Shown here piece by piece: positions 43,052 to 52,600 of a DNA stretch of 64,000 nt. Within the stretch, counting starts at the first letter, position 1, and every line of letters starts with the position of its first letter. Under the pieces are notes generated by a model, which did not search any database, was not told where the DNA came from, and saw only the letters and a program-made list of their open reading frames with translations. The stretch spans positions 90,593-154,592 of the forward strand of contig JACPKY010000002.1 in assembly GCA_016186795.1 (NCBI GenBank), written 5' to 3'. The DNA comes from Candidatus Gottesmanbacteria bacterium. Lineage in GTDB: Bacteria; Patescibacteriota; Microgenomatia; 2-02-FULL-39-11. The translations under genes and the position numbers were made by a program.

Positions 43052-43270
43052 ATCTTGACATGTTTCTCATATCTATTACAATGAATTTATTATTCACTAT
43101 TATTTGTGTTACGGAAGTTTTACAACTTCGAAGTCATGAAAAAGGCGCGAAAAACGCACAAACGAGCATACGCAAAGCCAGCTGGTAAGCGCTTGTCAAA
43201 AAGCGTGAAGACCGCATACATGGCGATGGAACATCATTTACCATAAAAAAGGTCGCTTACATTTACTCCA

Positions 43271-44338
43271 GTGTCAGCCATAGATTTACTTCTTACGGAT
43301 TTTTGCAACCAAAGTTGTCCCTTCTGTTTTGCCAGAAAAGAAATGGAATCCCCACTCAAAAAGTATATGACGTGGGAAGATTATCTTTTTATTACGGACG
43401 TATTGAAAAAAAACGAAATTTTTACCCTAAATCTACTTGGTGGTGAGCCGACAATCCATCCCTTTTTTCCCAAAATAATAAAGCATGCCCTGAAAAATTT
43501 TTTTAGTATCATGATTTATACAAACGGTATATTTCCTCCAAAGGTAACAGAAACTTTACGATCTCTCAATACTTCACGAATCAAAATCACATTTAATATA
43601 AGTACCCCAGGATTTATATCAAATCCCAAAATTCGAGATGCAGTCCTTGCAAACATTGAAGAGTTTGCTCCGAAAACTGAAGTCACGCTTGCCATCACTG
43701 ATGTTTTTCAGTCGCAAACGTTTGCTCAGTCGATTTTCTCCCACGTGAATGATTCGCTTCTCAAAAAGGTATATGCTCGGTTGGGATTTGCTTCTCCAAT
43801 TGCGGGTGAGGCAAATTACGTGACGCTTGATGATTTTCCAAACGTCGGAGAAAACTTTTGTGCAATTATAACCGATCTCGACCGGCGAGGTCCTCCAAAA
43901 GGGTATAAAGCTAACACAAGTCTTACTCCCTGTATGTTTAACGAGAAAGAGCGGCAATTTCTTGAAAATCACGAAGTGCGTCTTCACTCAGATTGTCATC
44001 TGGAGATCAATGACCGATGGTTTACTATTACCTCTGATCTTTCAACATTTAAGTGTTACCCACTTTCAATGAGGGAGAGGGGTAAAATTACAAAAAGCAA
44101 CGATTTACCGGCAATTCGAGACGCGTATACTGTGTTGCAGGAAAAATACCGTTCTGAATGGGTGTTACCAAAATGCAAAACGTGTCCATTCTATGGAATA
44201 GGAAAAGGGAAATGTTCAGGTCCTTGTTTGGCATTTCGCTATAATGCTTTAAAGCAGATGAAGAAAATCCCTATTGCAAACGAGGGCGACTTTGTAAAAG
44301 ATAACCCTTCTTTATTCCTTCAGTTACAAAATCAGTAA
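43271..44338 (+). CDS. radical SAM enzyme with C-terminal SPASM/twitch-like Cys cluster (paralog 2)
   Basis: CNQSCPFC and LLGGEPTI are present. Conserved IAGE.NY..DFP.VGE blocks are shared with the 41089 protein. The C-terminal cysteines are CKTCPFYG...CSGPC. Confidence 0.8.
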   Translation: MSAIDLLLTDFCNQSCPFCFARKEMESPLKKYMTWEDYLFITDVLKKNEIFTLNLLGGEPTIHPFFPKIIKHALKNFFSIMIYTNGIFPPKVTETLRSLNTSRIKITFNISTPGFISNPKIRDAVLANIEEFAPKTEVTLAITDVFQSQTFAQSIFSHVNDSLLKKVYARLGFASPIAGEANYVTLDDFPNVGENFCAIITDLDRRGPPKGYKANTSLTPCMFNEKERQFLENHEVRLHSDCHLEINDRWFTITSDLSTFKCYPLSMRERGKITKSNDLPAIRDAYTVLQEKYRSEWVLPKCKTCPFYGIGKGKCSGPCLAFRYNALKQMKKIPIANEGDFVKDNPSLFLQLQNQ

Positions 44339-44585
44339 CATCCTCCCTCGCTTGATGCACAGAGATACCATAAACGTCCTCACATTTGCGGATAAGTGCA
44401 CTAAGAGGTCTTGGTTTCCAAAGATACTTCCATAGCATCTCCGCGCTTTCGTTGAGTGAATACCAGATGTCATTATCAAAATCAACAACAAGGAGGCATT
44501 CTTTTGTTTTTCTTACAAATGTTTTTGAATTTCGACTAATTACAGCGTTATCATGCATTACCATTTTCGTATCAATATAGTACAA
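44271..44585 (-). CDS. PqqD-like (RiPP recognition element-like) small protein
   Basis: LLVVDFDNDIWYSLNESAEMLWKYL...IRKCEDVYGISVHQAREDVTDFVTEGIKKGYL follows the PqqD pattern (beta-strand, x-y-x-LN-eta-a, helix, DV..F). It overlaps the 3' end of the rSAM gene convergently. Its start abuts the HprK-like start, so the true start may be an internal Met. Confidence 0.4.
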   Translation of the reverse strand: MYYIDTKMVMHDNAVISRNSKTFVRKTKECLLVVDFDNDIWYSLNESAEMLWKYLWKPRPLSALIRKCEDVYGISVHQAREDVTDFVTEGIKKGYLLQSRPRLQ

Positions 44586-45361
44586 TGCAGCATATCAAGT
44601 ATGCAAGAAGAAATCTTCCCATGCTAGAGTGTAGTGTGAATTTAGGTATTCGGATACTGAATGTACATTTTGAAACTGAAAAGTTTTATTTTGCTTTTGA
44701 GAAAATATTTCTCTGTACCCCTCCCGTAAAAAATCCGTGGTTTTCCATTTTCATCCGAAAAAGTAAAAAAATACAGAGTAATATCGATATTTCAAAAAAA
44801 CTCGCCGAATTATACTATTGCAACAATAAAGCTTTTCCGTTTACGAAAGCTGTAACTTCTTTCTTCTCATATCTTCTTTACACGCAAGACGTACTCGTTT
44901 TTCATGCTTCATCCGTTGTCAAAAATGACGGAGCAGTTCTTTTCTGTGGAGAACAGGGAGTTGGGAAAACAACTGTATCGGTGATGAGCGGTTTGCCGCG
45001 GTATTCCGATGACGCAGCATTTATAAGGAAATCCGGAAATACATTTCTCCTTTACCCTACACCGTTTGAAACAAGCAAAATATACGCTCGTCTCAGGAAA
45101 CCATTGAAAATCCGCTGTCTGTATTTTCTCCACCAAGGGTCAAGAAATATCGTGAATCGCATGCATCCGTATGAGAGTGTCATTTATGCATCAAGGAATT
45201 TATTTAGTAATTTTCTGAATGTTTCGAATCAAGCGGTACAGAAAGCATGTTATACTTTACTATCTGATTTTGTAGGGAATGTTCCTATGAGACAGCTATA
45301 TTTTAATCGAGATATTGGGTTTCTACAGTCACTTCTTGAGAAGAATGAAGGTAAAATATGA
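44585..45361 (+). CDS. HPr kinase C-terminal domain-like P-loop protein
   Basis: AVLFCGEQGVGKTTVSVMSGLPRYSDDAAFI matches the HprK C-domain G-x-S/G-G-x-GKS/T...DD block. There is no N-terminal HprK domain. Confidence 0.6.
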   Translation: MQHIKYARRNLPMLECSVNLGIRILNVHFETEKFYFAFEKIFLCTPPVKNPWFSIFIRKSKKIQSNIDISKKLAELYYCNNKAFPFTKAVTSFFSYLLYTQDVLVFHASSVVKNDGAVLFCGEQGVGKTTVSVMSGLPRYSDDAAFIRKSGNTFLLYPTPFETSKIYARLRKPLKIRCLYFLHQGSRNIVNRMHPYESVIYASRNLFSNFLNVSNQAVQKACYTLLSDFVGNVPMRQLYFNRDIGFLQSLLEKNEGKI

Positions 45362-45645
45362 GGAAAAAAATGTATAAAAGAAAACCTAACACTCTCTTCC
45401 GTCAAATTGGAAACGAATTCATATTTATTGACTACGGGGAGAGCCGATTTTATTCCCTCAACATAGTTGCATCACGTATCCTACAAATGCTTGGTTCTCC
45501 TAAAGATGTTTACCAAATTTCCGAACGGGTGTCGTTGGAATTTGAAGTTCCATACAAAAAACTTCTTCAAGATATACGAAGCTTTTTGCAGGTGGCTGTT
45601 AAACGGGGTTTGGTGAAAGAAGTTTTTATTACCGAATCCGAGTAA
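45358..45645 (+). CDS. PqqD-like (RiPP recognition element-like) small protein
   Basis: The 95-aa protein reads LFRQIGNEFIFIDYGESRFYSLNIVASRILQML...DIRSFLQVAVKRGLV. A 4-nt overlap (ATGA) with the HprK-like gene suggests translational coupling. Confidence 0.6.
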   Translation: MRKKMYKRKPNTLFRQIGNEFIFIDYGESRFYSLNIVASRILQMLGSPKDVYQISERVSLEFEVPYKKLLQDIRSFLQVAVKRGLVKEVFITESE

Positions 45646-46234
45646 CTGTTTCTTTGCTCATTTTACTTGTTAGAACATTTCCTACCTCTTCTATTTCTAC
45701 ATAATCGCCTACCGCCAGATCTTGAGCGGTTATTTCTGTAATCAATCCAGTCGTACTATCTTTTGAGTAAAAAGAAATAGAAACTTGCGAGGTTTGAACT
45801 ACGTATGGGTACGTACTGGCCTTTGTTTGTGGGTCTTCAATCTGTAAGAGGAAAAAATGTTCTTTTGGTTTTCCCTGCAGTGTCACTGTGGCATCTGTAT
45901 CGATTCTAGTGATTTTACCAGCAAGTGTATATGATATTGTGCCTTCCTTAACAAGCGATGCGTCAGAATTGGTAAGGACATCGGTAAGACTTCGAATAAA
46001 TTCGAGTTTTCCGGCAGGATTTCCAACTGTTACGTCAGCTGGCTTTGACTGAACAACGACACTTGATTGATCAATGGAGTTAATTGGTGGTGGGGTTGGT
46101 ATTGTACTTTCCTGGGGAATTCCCGGAACAAGCTTATTTCCAAAGGTGCTATTGTAATTTACGCCTGCGTATAAACCTATTTCGAAGACGATAACTAAAA
46201 CAAGAAGAATAAAAACCCCGTAGAGCAGTTTCAT
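45629..46234 (-). CDS. hypothetical secreted/membrane-anchored protein
   Basis: It has an N-terminal TM/signal anchor, a Pro-rich linker (PTPPPINS) and then a beta-rich domain. No motif is recognised. Confidence 0.4.
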   Translation of the reverse strand: MKLLYGVFILLVLVIVFEIGLYAGVNYNSTFGNKLVPGIPQESTIPTPPPINSIDQSSVVVQSKPADVTVGNPAGKLEFIRSLTDVLTNSDASLVKEGTISYTLAGKITRIDTDATVTLQGKPKEHFFLLQIEDPQTKASTYPYVVQTSQVSISFYSKDSTTGLITEITAQDLAVGDYVEIEEVGNVLTSKMSKETVTRIR

Positions 46235-46426
46235 GATATTAGTACGAGTTTAAAATCGGTGTGTTTTGAACACTTTTGAGAATTTTTGGTTTTTCGTACT
46301 TCTTTTTTGCTTTAAAGCTTCGCTGCTTTTTCATAGCAATTCATAGGTATAAAAACAGTGTATCGAGGCTTTCAACTGTTGTCAAGATGGAATTCAGAGG
46401 GTAAAATGAGCATAATACATTAGGAT

Positions 46427-47263
46427 TTGAAATCCAGTATATACTATATTTCTATGATCCGTCGCTTCAAAACGATTCATGGACTCCTCGTAGTCACCGT
46501 TCTTCTTGGGATTTTTGCTGCGGGATACTATTTTTACTTTCGAGTAAGAGAAAGCACAACAGTATTTGCTACCGTTACCATCATCAGACCGGAGGATGTT
46601 TCGACTCAGGCGCCATTTAATTGGACTCATGACTGGATAGCCAGGGAAATAAGAGTCGGAGATCGCGAAATTTCACCTTTTGGTGAAGTGAAGGCACAGG
46701 TTTACGATGTAAATTCGTACGAAGGTGGGTTTGATGGGAGATTTGTCTATGTCGTATTGAAAATGAACACCATAAGAGATAGGAGTGGTCAGTACCTATA
46801 TAAGAATAAACCTATAAGTGTAGGATCCCTTATCGATGTCAAGTTAAATTCAACAGCGTTTAAAGCATATGTTATCGCTGTTGGTAAAAATCCCCCTCAA
46901 TCTACATCAAAATTACTTATCGTGAACTTATATGGAAAGCGGATTGATTGGTGGATAGCTGAGAATTTGAAACTAGGATCCGAAATTGTCGATGGAAATG
47001 GGAAAGTAATTGGCAAAATTATTAAGTATTCCTCAGTCCCCTCTTATTCGGGAGGCATACAGACAGATCCAGATCCGCAAAAAAGAGATCTCTATCTCCA
47101 AATGAAGATTCTTGTGAGAGATTTTCATGGGACGTACTATTTTGAAGAGGAACAAAAAGTGAAGGTTCATGAGAGACTTTTTCTCCCGTTTCGCGAACTC
47201 AATATCGAGGAGTTATTTGTTACATCTATCGGTGATGTACTGGAAGCTCAAACAATAGATTAA
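46427..47263 (+). CDS. hypothetical membrane-anchored protein
   Basis: A single N-terminal TM (LLVVTVLLGIFAAGYYFYF) is followed by a soluble domain. Confidence 0.4.
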   Translation: MKSSIYYISMIRRFKTIHGLLVVTVLLGIFAAGYYFYFRVRESTTVFATVTIIRPEDVSTQAPFNWTHDWIAREIRVGDREISPFGEVKAQVYDVNSYEGGFDGRFVYVVLKMNTIRDRSGQYLYKNKPISVGSLIDVKLNSTAFKAYVIAVGKNPPQSTSKLLIVNLYGKRIDWWIAENLKLGSEIVDGNGKVIGKIIKYSSVPSYSGGIQTDPDPQKRDLYLQMKILVRDFHGTYYFEEEQKVKVHERLFLPFRELNIEELFVTSIGDVLEAQTID

Positions 47264-47267
47264 TTTT

Positions 47268-47717
47268 TCAAAAAAGTGCAAGTCGAAGAAGTATTTTTCT
47301 CCCCCGAAGTATTTTTGTCATCACTCTTCTGAACCATGCTGGTCCTACAGAAGTGCAGATTGAATAAAAGAAAAAATACCACTTAATATATTTGAAATAC
47401 AAAGAAGAAAGTTTGAGGGTGCCGTACTTTCCATCAATTCGCTCAAGAATTCCCACGATATGTTCATGGGTGATCGGGGGGTCGCGATACGGAGTATTAT
47501 CTCCTTTTGTTTGAAGGTACTTACCGTAAATCTTTAGTATTCTATGCCCGATAAGGTGACTATCTTGATAGTACACCACAATATCTGCAAGATTAAAATT
47601 CTTCCGTGACGGTTTAACGAAGAGTTTATCCCCCGCATTCATCAATGGTGCCATACTCTCCCCGCTTGCTTTTCCAATATAGAGTGCGTTTGTATGGTGT
47701 TTTATCTTTTCTTCCAT
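47268..47717 (-). CDS. signal peptidase I, SipW/archaeal-type (S26B)
   Basis: GESMAPLM carries the Ser nucleophile in an SM motif. IGHRIL has His as general base, as in SipW/ER-type peptidases. GDNTPYRDP is a GDNN..D box, and ADIVVY is present. Confidence 0.65.
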   Translation of the reverse strand: MEEKIKHHTNALYIGKASGESMAPLMNAGDKLFVKPSRKNFNLADIVVYYQDSHLIGHRILKIYGKYLQTKGDNTPYRDPPITHEHIVGILERIDGKYGTLKLSSLYFKYIKWYFFFYSICTSVGPAWFRRVMTKILRGRKILLRLALF

Positions 47718-47779
47718 AGTCTATCTGCCTTCTAGGTATTTTCCGAAAAGTTGCATCATGTTAGTATAAGAGAAACGGT

Positions 47780-49570
47780 ATGATTTTCCTAGGACTTGCT
47801 GCTCTTTTTTTCCTTCCGATAATCGAGTCATTTTCGCGAGATTTTGGGTTTTTGATTCTCATCTTTGGCACTGTTTGTATAACTCTTGATCATATTTTGA
47901 AGCGGAGAGAACCGCGCGGGTGGATTCCCTTTTTATTTTTTCTTACTCTTGTAAGTTTTATTCCATCGCTTTTTTATTCTATCTCTATTGAGCGGAGTTT
48001 ATGGGAATTTACGCGCTATGTTTCGTACTTTTTACTATTTTTGTCCTTTTATACCTATTCAAACAAAGATGTCTTATGCCGCTATTTTCTTATTCCAATG
48101 GTTTGTGTTAACAGTATCATTTTATCAATACTGTGGGTGATGTTTTCATTTCTTCCTCAAGAATTTAGCACACAAATATCGGGGATGAATCTTTTCTTTC
48201 CCACTTTTGGACACAACAGAATTTCGGAACTGTATATCTTCTCACTTCCCACATTTCTTTTTTTATGGTTTACAAGTGATAGGAAAAGAAAATATGTATA
48301 TCTTTTCTTTTCCATCTCCACTTTTATCCTACTTGTTTTTACCCAATCACGAGGCTCAATGATAGCACTTTCTATTTCCTTTTTTCTCTATATTCTGCTT
48401 TCAACCAAAGCAAGAAATACTCTGCCTCATTTCATCTCCAATGTATTTAGTAGACTTCTTTCCTCTGCGGGGATTTTGATTAGTGTTACGGTAGTTTTTT
48501 TAATTGCAAGTTTTGCTTATTCACATTTCTTTGTCGCACCAGGAAACGATTATAGTGCCATCAAGGGATTTTATAAACCTCTCTGGAACGAGCGAAGAAT
48601 TGAATACATAAATCATGGCTTTGCGGGATTTCAAAAATCACCGATTGTTGGTACTGGACTTGAGACATTCCGATATGTTTCACTGATGTTTCAAACTGAG
48701 AAAGATCATTGGTCGTGGTATCTTCATAATCATATTCTGGAATTGTTTATTGAGACCGGAATTTTGGGAGGAGTACTTTTTTTATCTTTGATACTAATTC
48801 TACTATTTCAAGTGAACCGCTCCGTACAACACTCTCTTGATCAATTTGGTGTTCTACTTCCTCATGCGCTTTTTATATCTCTTATGGCATCTGGCATCCA
48901 CTCCTTTTTAGACTACGACTGGCACTTTCTATCACTATTTCTTCTCTTTTGGGCTTCTGCAGGAATACTAATTGGAAATAAAAATACACTGAAAATTTGG
49001 CATTCAAGACTTTCAGTTATCAGTTTGTGTATTCTTTTTGGGTTAACTGTGGCCCTCTTCATACTACCAAAAAGTAAGAATGTTATCGAAAAGAGTGCTG
49101 ATCTTCTTGAGGAAAAGAAAGAAGATGAAGCTCTTCAACTTCTTCTTTCTGCCTACACATTTGATCGTGCAAATGGAGATATTTCTGTTAAAATCGCTGA
49201 TATATATTCTGAGAAAGGAGATTGGGAAAATGCGCATCTCTGGTACCAGCGGGCAATTATTTTACAGCCATTCTATCAGAAATATTCACTCATGCAAGAT
49301 ATCGTTGTATATCTTGATGAAGCAGAGAGCGCATTGGGCCAATCTTCTTTTCAGGAAGCGCAATATACAATAAGAAAAGCGAAAGTAATTTATCCGTACA
49401 TTTACCGGCTGCAGACTTCTACTATTGATACGCTTTCTACTTCCGAGTTTGAAGAGCTGATTAAGTCGTTGAAGAAAGAGAGTCAACAATGGGACCCATC
49501 GGACATGGAGATACTCGTTTCTGTTGATACTATTTACTCGTTGAACCCCGAAGCGTCTTTATGGCAATAA
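47780..49570 (+). CDS. O-antigen ligase-like (Wzy_C) membrane protein with C-terminal TPR-like domain
   Basis: QSRGSMIALS...HNHILELFIETGILGGVLFL matches the Wzy_C motif. The C-terminal roughly 170 aa are helical repeats. The architecture matches the 17585 paralog. Confidence 0.6.
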   Translation: MIFLGLAALFFLPIIESFSRDFGFLILIFGTVCITLDHILKRREPRGWIPFLFFLTLVSFIPSLFYSISIERSLWEFTRYVSYFLLFLSFYTYSNKDVLCRYFLIPMVCVNSIILSILWVMFSFLPQEFSTQISGMNLFFPTFGHNRISELYIFSLPTFLFLWFTSDRKRKYVYLFFSISTFILLVFTQSRGSMIALSISFFLYILLSTKARNTLPHFISNVFSRLLSSAGILISVTVVFLIASFAYSHFFVAPGNDYSAIKGFYKPLWNERRIEYINHGFAGFQKSPIVGTGLETFRYVSLMFQTEKDHWSWYLHNHILELFIETGILGGVLFLSLILILLFQVNRSVQHSLDQFGVLLPHALFISLMASGIHSFLDYDWHFLSLFLLFWASAGILIGNKNTLKIWHSRLSVISLCILFGLTVALFILPKSKNVIEKSADLLEEKKEDEALQLLLSAYTFDRANGDISVKIADIYSEKGDWENAHLWYQRAIILQPFYQKYSLMQDIVVYLDEAESALGQSSFQEAQYTIRKAKVIYPYIYRLQTSTIDTLSTSEFEELIKSLKKESQQWDPSDMEILVSVDTIYSLNPEASLWQ

Positions 49571-49620
49571 TCTCCTTTTTGATGAATTGACAAAGGAGTT
49601 GGGTTTGTTATTCTTAAAGT

Positions 49621-52600
49621 ATGTCGCTTGCTAAAATTTTTGCGGCTCTTATTTTCGTATGGATTGCTTTTTCGACCCTTGATATTTTCACCCCCGATAA
49701 AAACTGGTTTAGCCAATCTGCTTCTGCTCAATATTGTACATCAACTTCGCTTCAGTCACCTCCCGATATTGGATATTCAACAAGTTATGCCCAGCAAACA
49801 ATTCTGAATGGTATGAATACCGGAGATGATGCTGCCTCTATAGGAAGTAAAAATATGAATGGATATTATCCAACGGCTTGGCAGGTTCCACGAGATATAC
49901 AAGTAATCATGGTTCGGGCAAATATCACACCAGATATCGATGGACTAGATATTTATGACGGTATTCCAACCACATTTTATATAAAAGCCAATAACGCGCT
50001 TGATGCACGTGCGTATGCATATAGAATAAATTCAATACCTCTTGGGGTTCAGCATGCGATTCGAACTCACTGGGACGGTAACGCTTCATACTGTGCTTCT
50101 ACATCGACTCAGTGGTCGTATTTTACCCGGTTTAACCCTGGGTATCACCAGAGTTGCACCGCTTGGAGCGCGTGTAGTAACTCTTGTGGTACTGGTACAC
50201 AGACCAGGACCTGTTCATGCTATCGAGATACCGACAATGGCCAAGTTGACAACTCTTGGTGTGGAGACCCTTCCGAATCCCAATCATGTACGGATTACTC
50301 CGGTTGTGGTCCTTGCACGGTTTCAAACCAATCCCCAACATCTGGTTGTTTTGACTATGACCCTACTTATAGTTTGAGTATGGGTGGAGTTGGTGCAAGT
50401 CGTGCACAATTTCATATAGACACATCCAGTCCTCCTAATTCTCCATATACATGTGATAGCGGAATAACGACATCTTCCACCTATAATTGCTCACTGGCAA
50501 CAGGAAGTTATCGGTGGAATGCAGAAGTATCATCAATTCAAGGATGTACAGATTCTGGATTTTTACCATCAGCAGGATATGCCTATAGTATTGATAAAAC
50601 AGCTCCTCCAGTCCCTTCTGGACTGAATATTGTTTGTAATCCCAATGGTACTGTTACAGCTAGCTGGAATGCTGTGAGTGACACAGGGTGCGGTGGAATG
50701 TCCACCACCCCTTACTGGTCTCAGATCTCTACGAGTGCTACTTTTTCGTCAGTTCCTGATTGGTATAACAGCTGGATAAATGAAACCTCAAGAACAAGCT
50801 CGACAACCTTTGCACCAGGAACCACAGTCTATGCGCATGTAAGAAGCCGGGATTCATTGGATAATCAGTCTTCCTGGAGTGCAAATGATTCGTGTACGTT
50901 TCCATTACCTACCAATACCCCAACGCCAACCCGAACCCCAACTCCAACTCCAACGAGAACGCCGACTCCGACACTACCTCCATGCTCACTATCAAACCAA
51001 CTCCCCCTCTCTGGTTGTTATGGCACAGATCCTACATATTCCGCCACTCTCGGAGGTGGTGCCAATAGAATCCAATTCCATGTAGATACAAGTTCTCCTC
51101 CGAATAGTCCGTATATCTGTGATAGTGGGGTCACTGCATCAACTTCATATTCCTGTACATTAGGAACAGGTACGTACTATTGGAATGCGCAAGCAAGTTC
51201 CTCTACAGGATCGTGTACAACCTCTGCCTATGTTCCTGTAAATGGCTACTCAGTAAGTGTTGATAAAATAGCACCAATTATTCCTCTCCCGAATATTGTA
51301 TGTAACACGAATGGGACAGTAAGTGTTTCCTGGGGGGCAGTAAGCGATGCAGGCTGTGGAGGGATGTCTTCTACTCCCTATTGGTCTCAAATTTCCACCG
51401 ATCCCGCTTTTGGGACAGTTCCAGACTGGTATAATAGTTGGATCAATGAGACGTCACGTACTAGTACAACGACATTTGCAGCTGGAACGATAGTCTATGC
51501 GCATGTAAGAAGCCGAGATATCTTTGATAATCAATCACCATGGAGCCCAAATGATAATTGTACTTTTCCTACACCTACTCCAACTCGAACTCCAACACCG
51601 ACCCCCACCCGGACACCTACTCCTACTGCTACCAGAACTCCAACTCCAACACCACTTGTCGGCTGTTGGGGAGCATGTACCGGTGACGCACAGTGTGCTT
51701 CTGGGAACTGTGATCCCTTCCTCCTCCAATGTACCGGCGGATCATGTCCAACGGCAACACCAACGATTACGCCGACTCGTACTCCTACTCCAACACCTAC
51801 AAGGACACCAACACCTACTGCTACCAGAACTCCAACACCAACTCCCACAAGAACTCCAACTCCGACACCTTTAATCCAATGTTTGGGGTCTTGTACTGCT
51901 GACGAAGAGTGTGCCTCGGGCAATTGCGACCCCTTCTATCTCCAATGTACCTCCGGTCCAGGAGGACCATGTCCGACATTTACGCCTTCCCCTACTAATA
52001 CTCCCACTCCCACCCCAACCCGGACACCAACCCCTACTCCTACCCGAACTCCGACACCAACGCCAACTGCAACTAGAACACCAACGCCAACACCGACAAT
52101 TACTCCAACACCAACTCCAACATCTGTTGCATGTTGGGGTGCCTGTACAGGAGATGCCCAGTGTGCATCCGGAAACTGCGACCCGTTCCTTTTGCAATGT
52201 ACCGGTGGGTCATGTCCAACGGCAACACCGACAATTACTCCAACGAGAACACCAACGCCAACTGCAACCAGAACACCAACGCCAACTGCAACCAGAACCC
52301 CAACGCCAACGAATACACCGACCCCAACGAATACTCCAACTCCAACGCCGGCTGCTTGTAACGACAGCTGTACCGGAAATGAACAATGTTTATCAGAATA
52401 TTGCTATCCATTTACTCTGTCGTGTAGAAATATTAGTTGTCCTGATAATACAAACTGTATTTGTGGACCAACACCCACAGCTACCCCCACGAATACGCCG
52501 ATACCAACAAATACACCAACGCCGACAGTTACTCCAACCCCAGGATTTGGGCAGTGCAGTGGTGCGTGCACTTCCGATGTCGATTGTTCGGGCTCAACCG

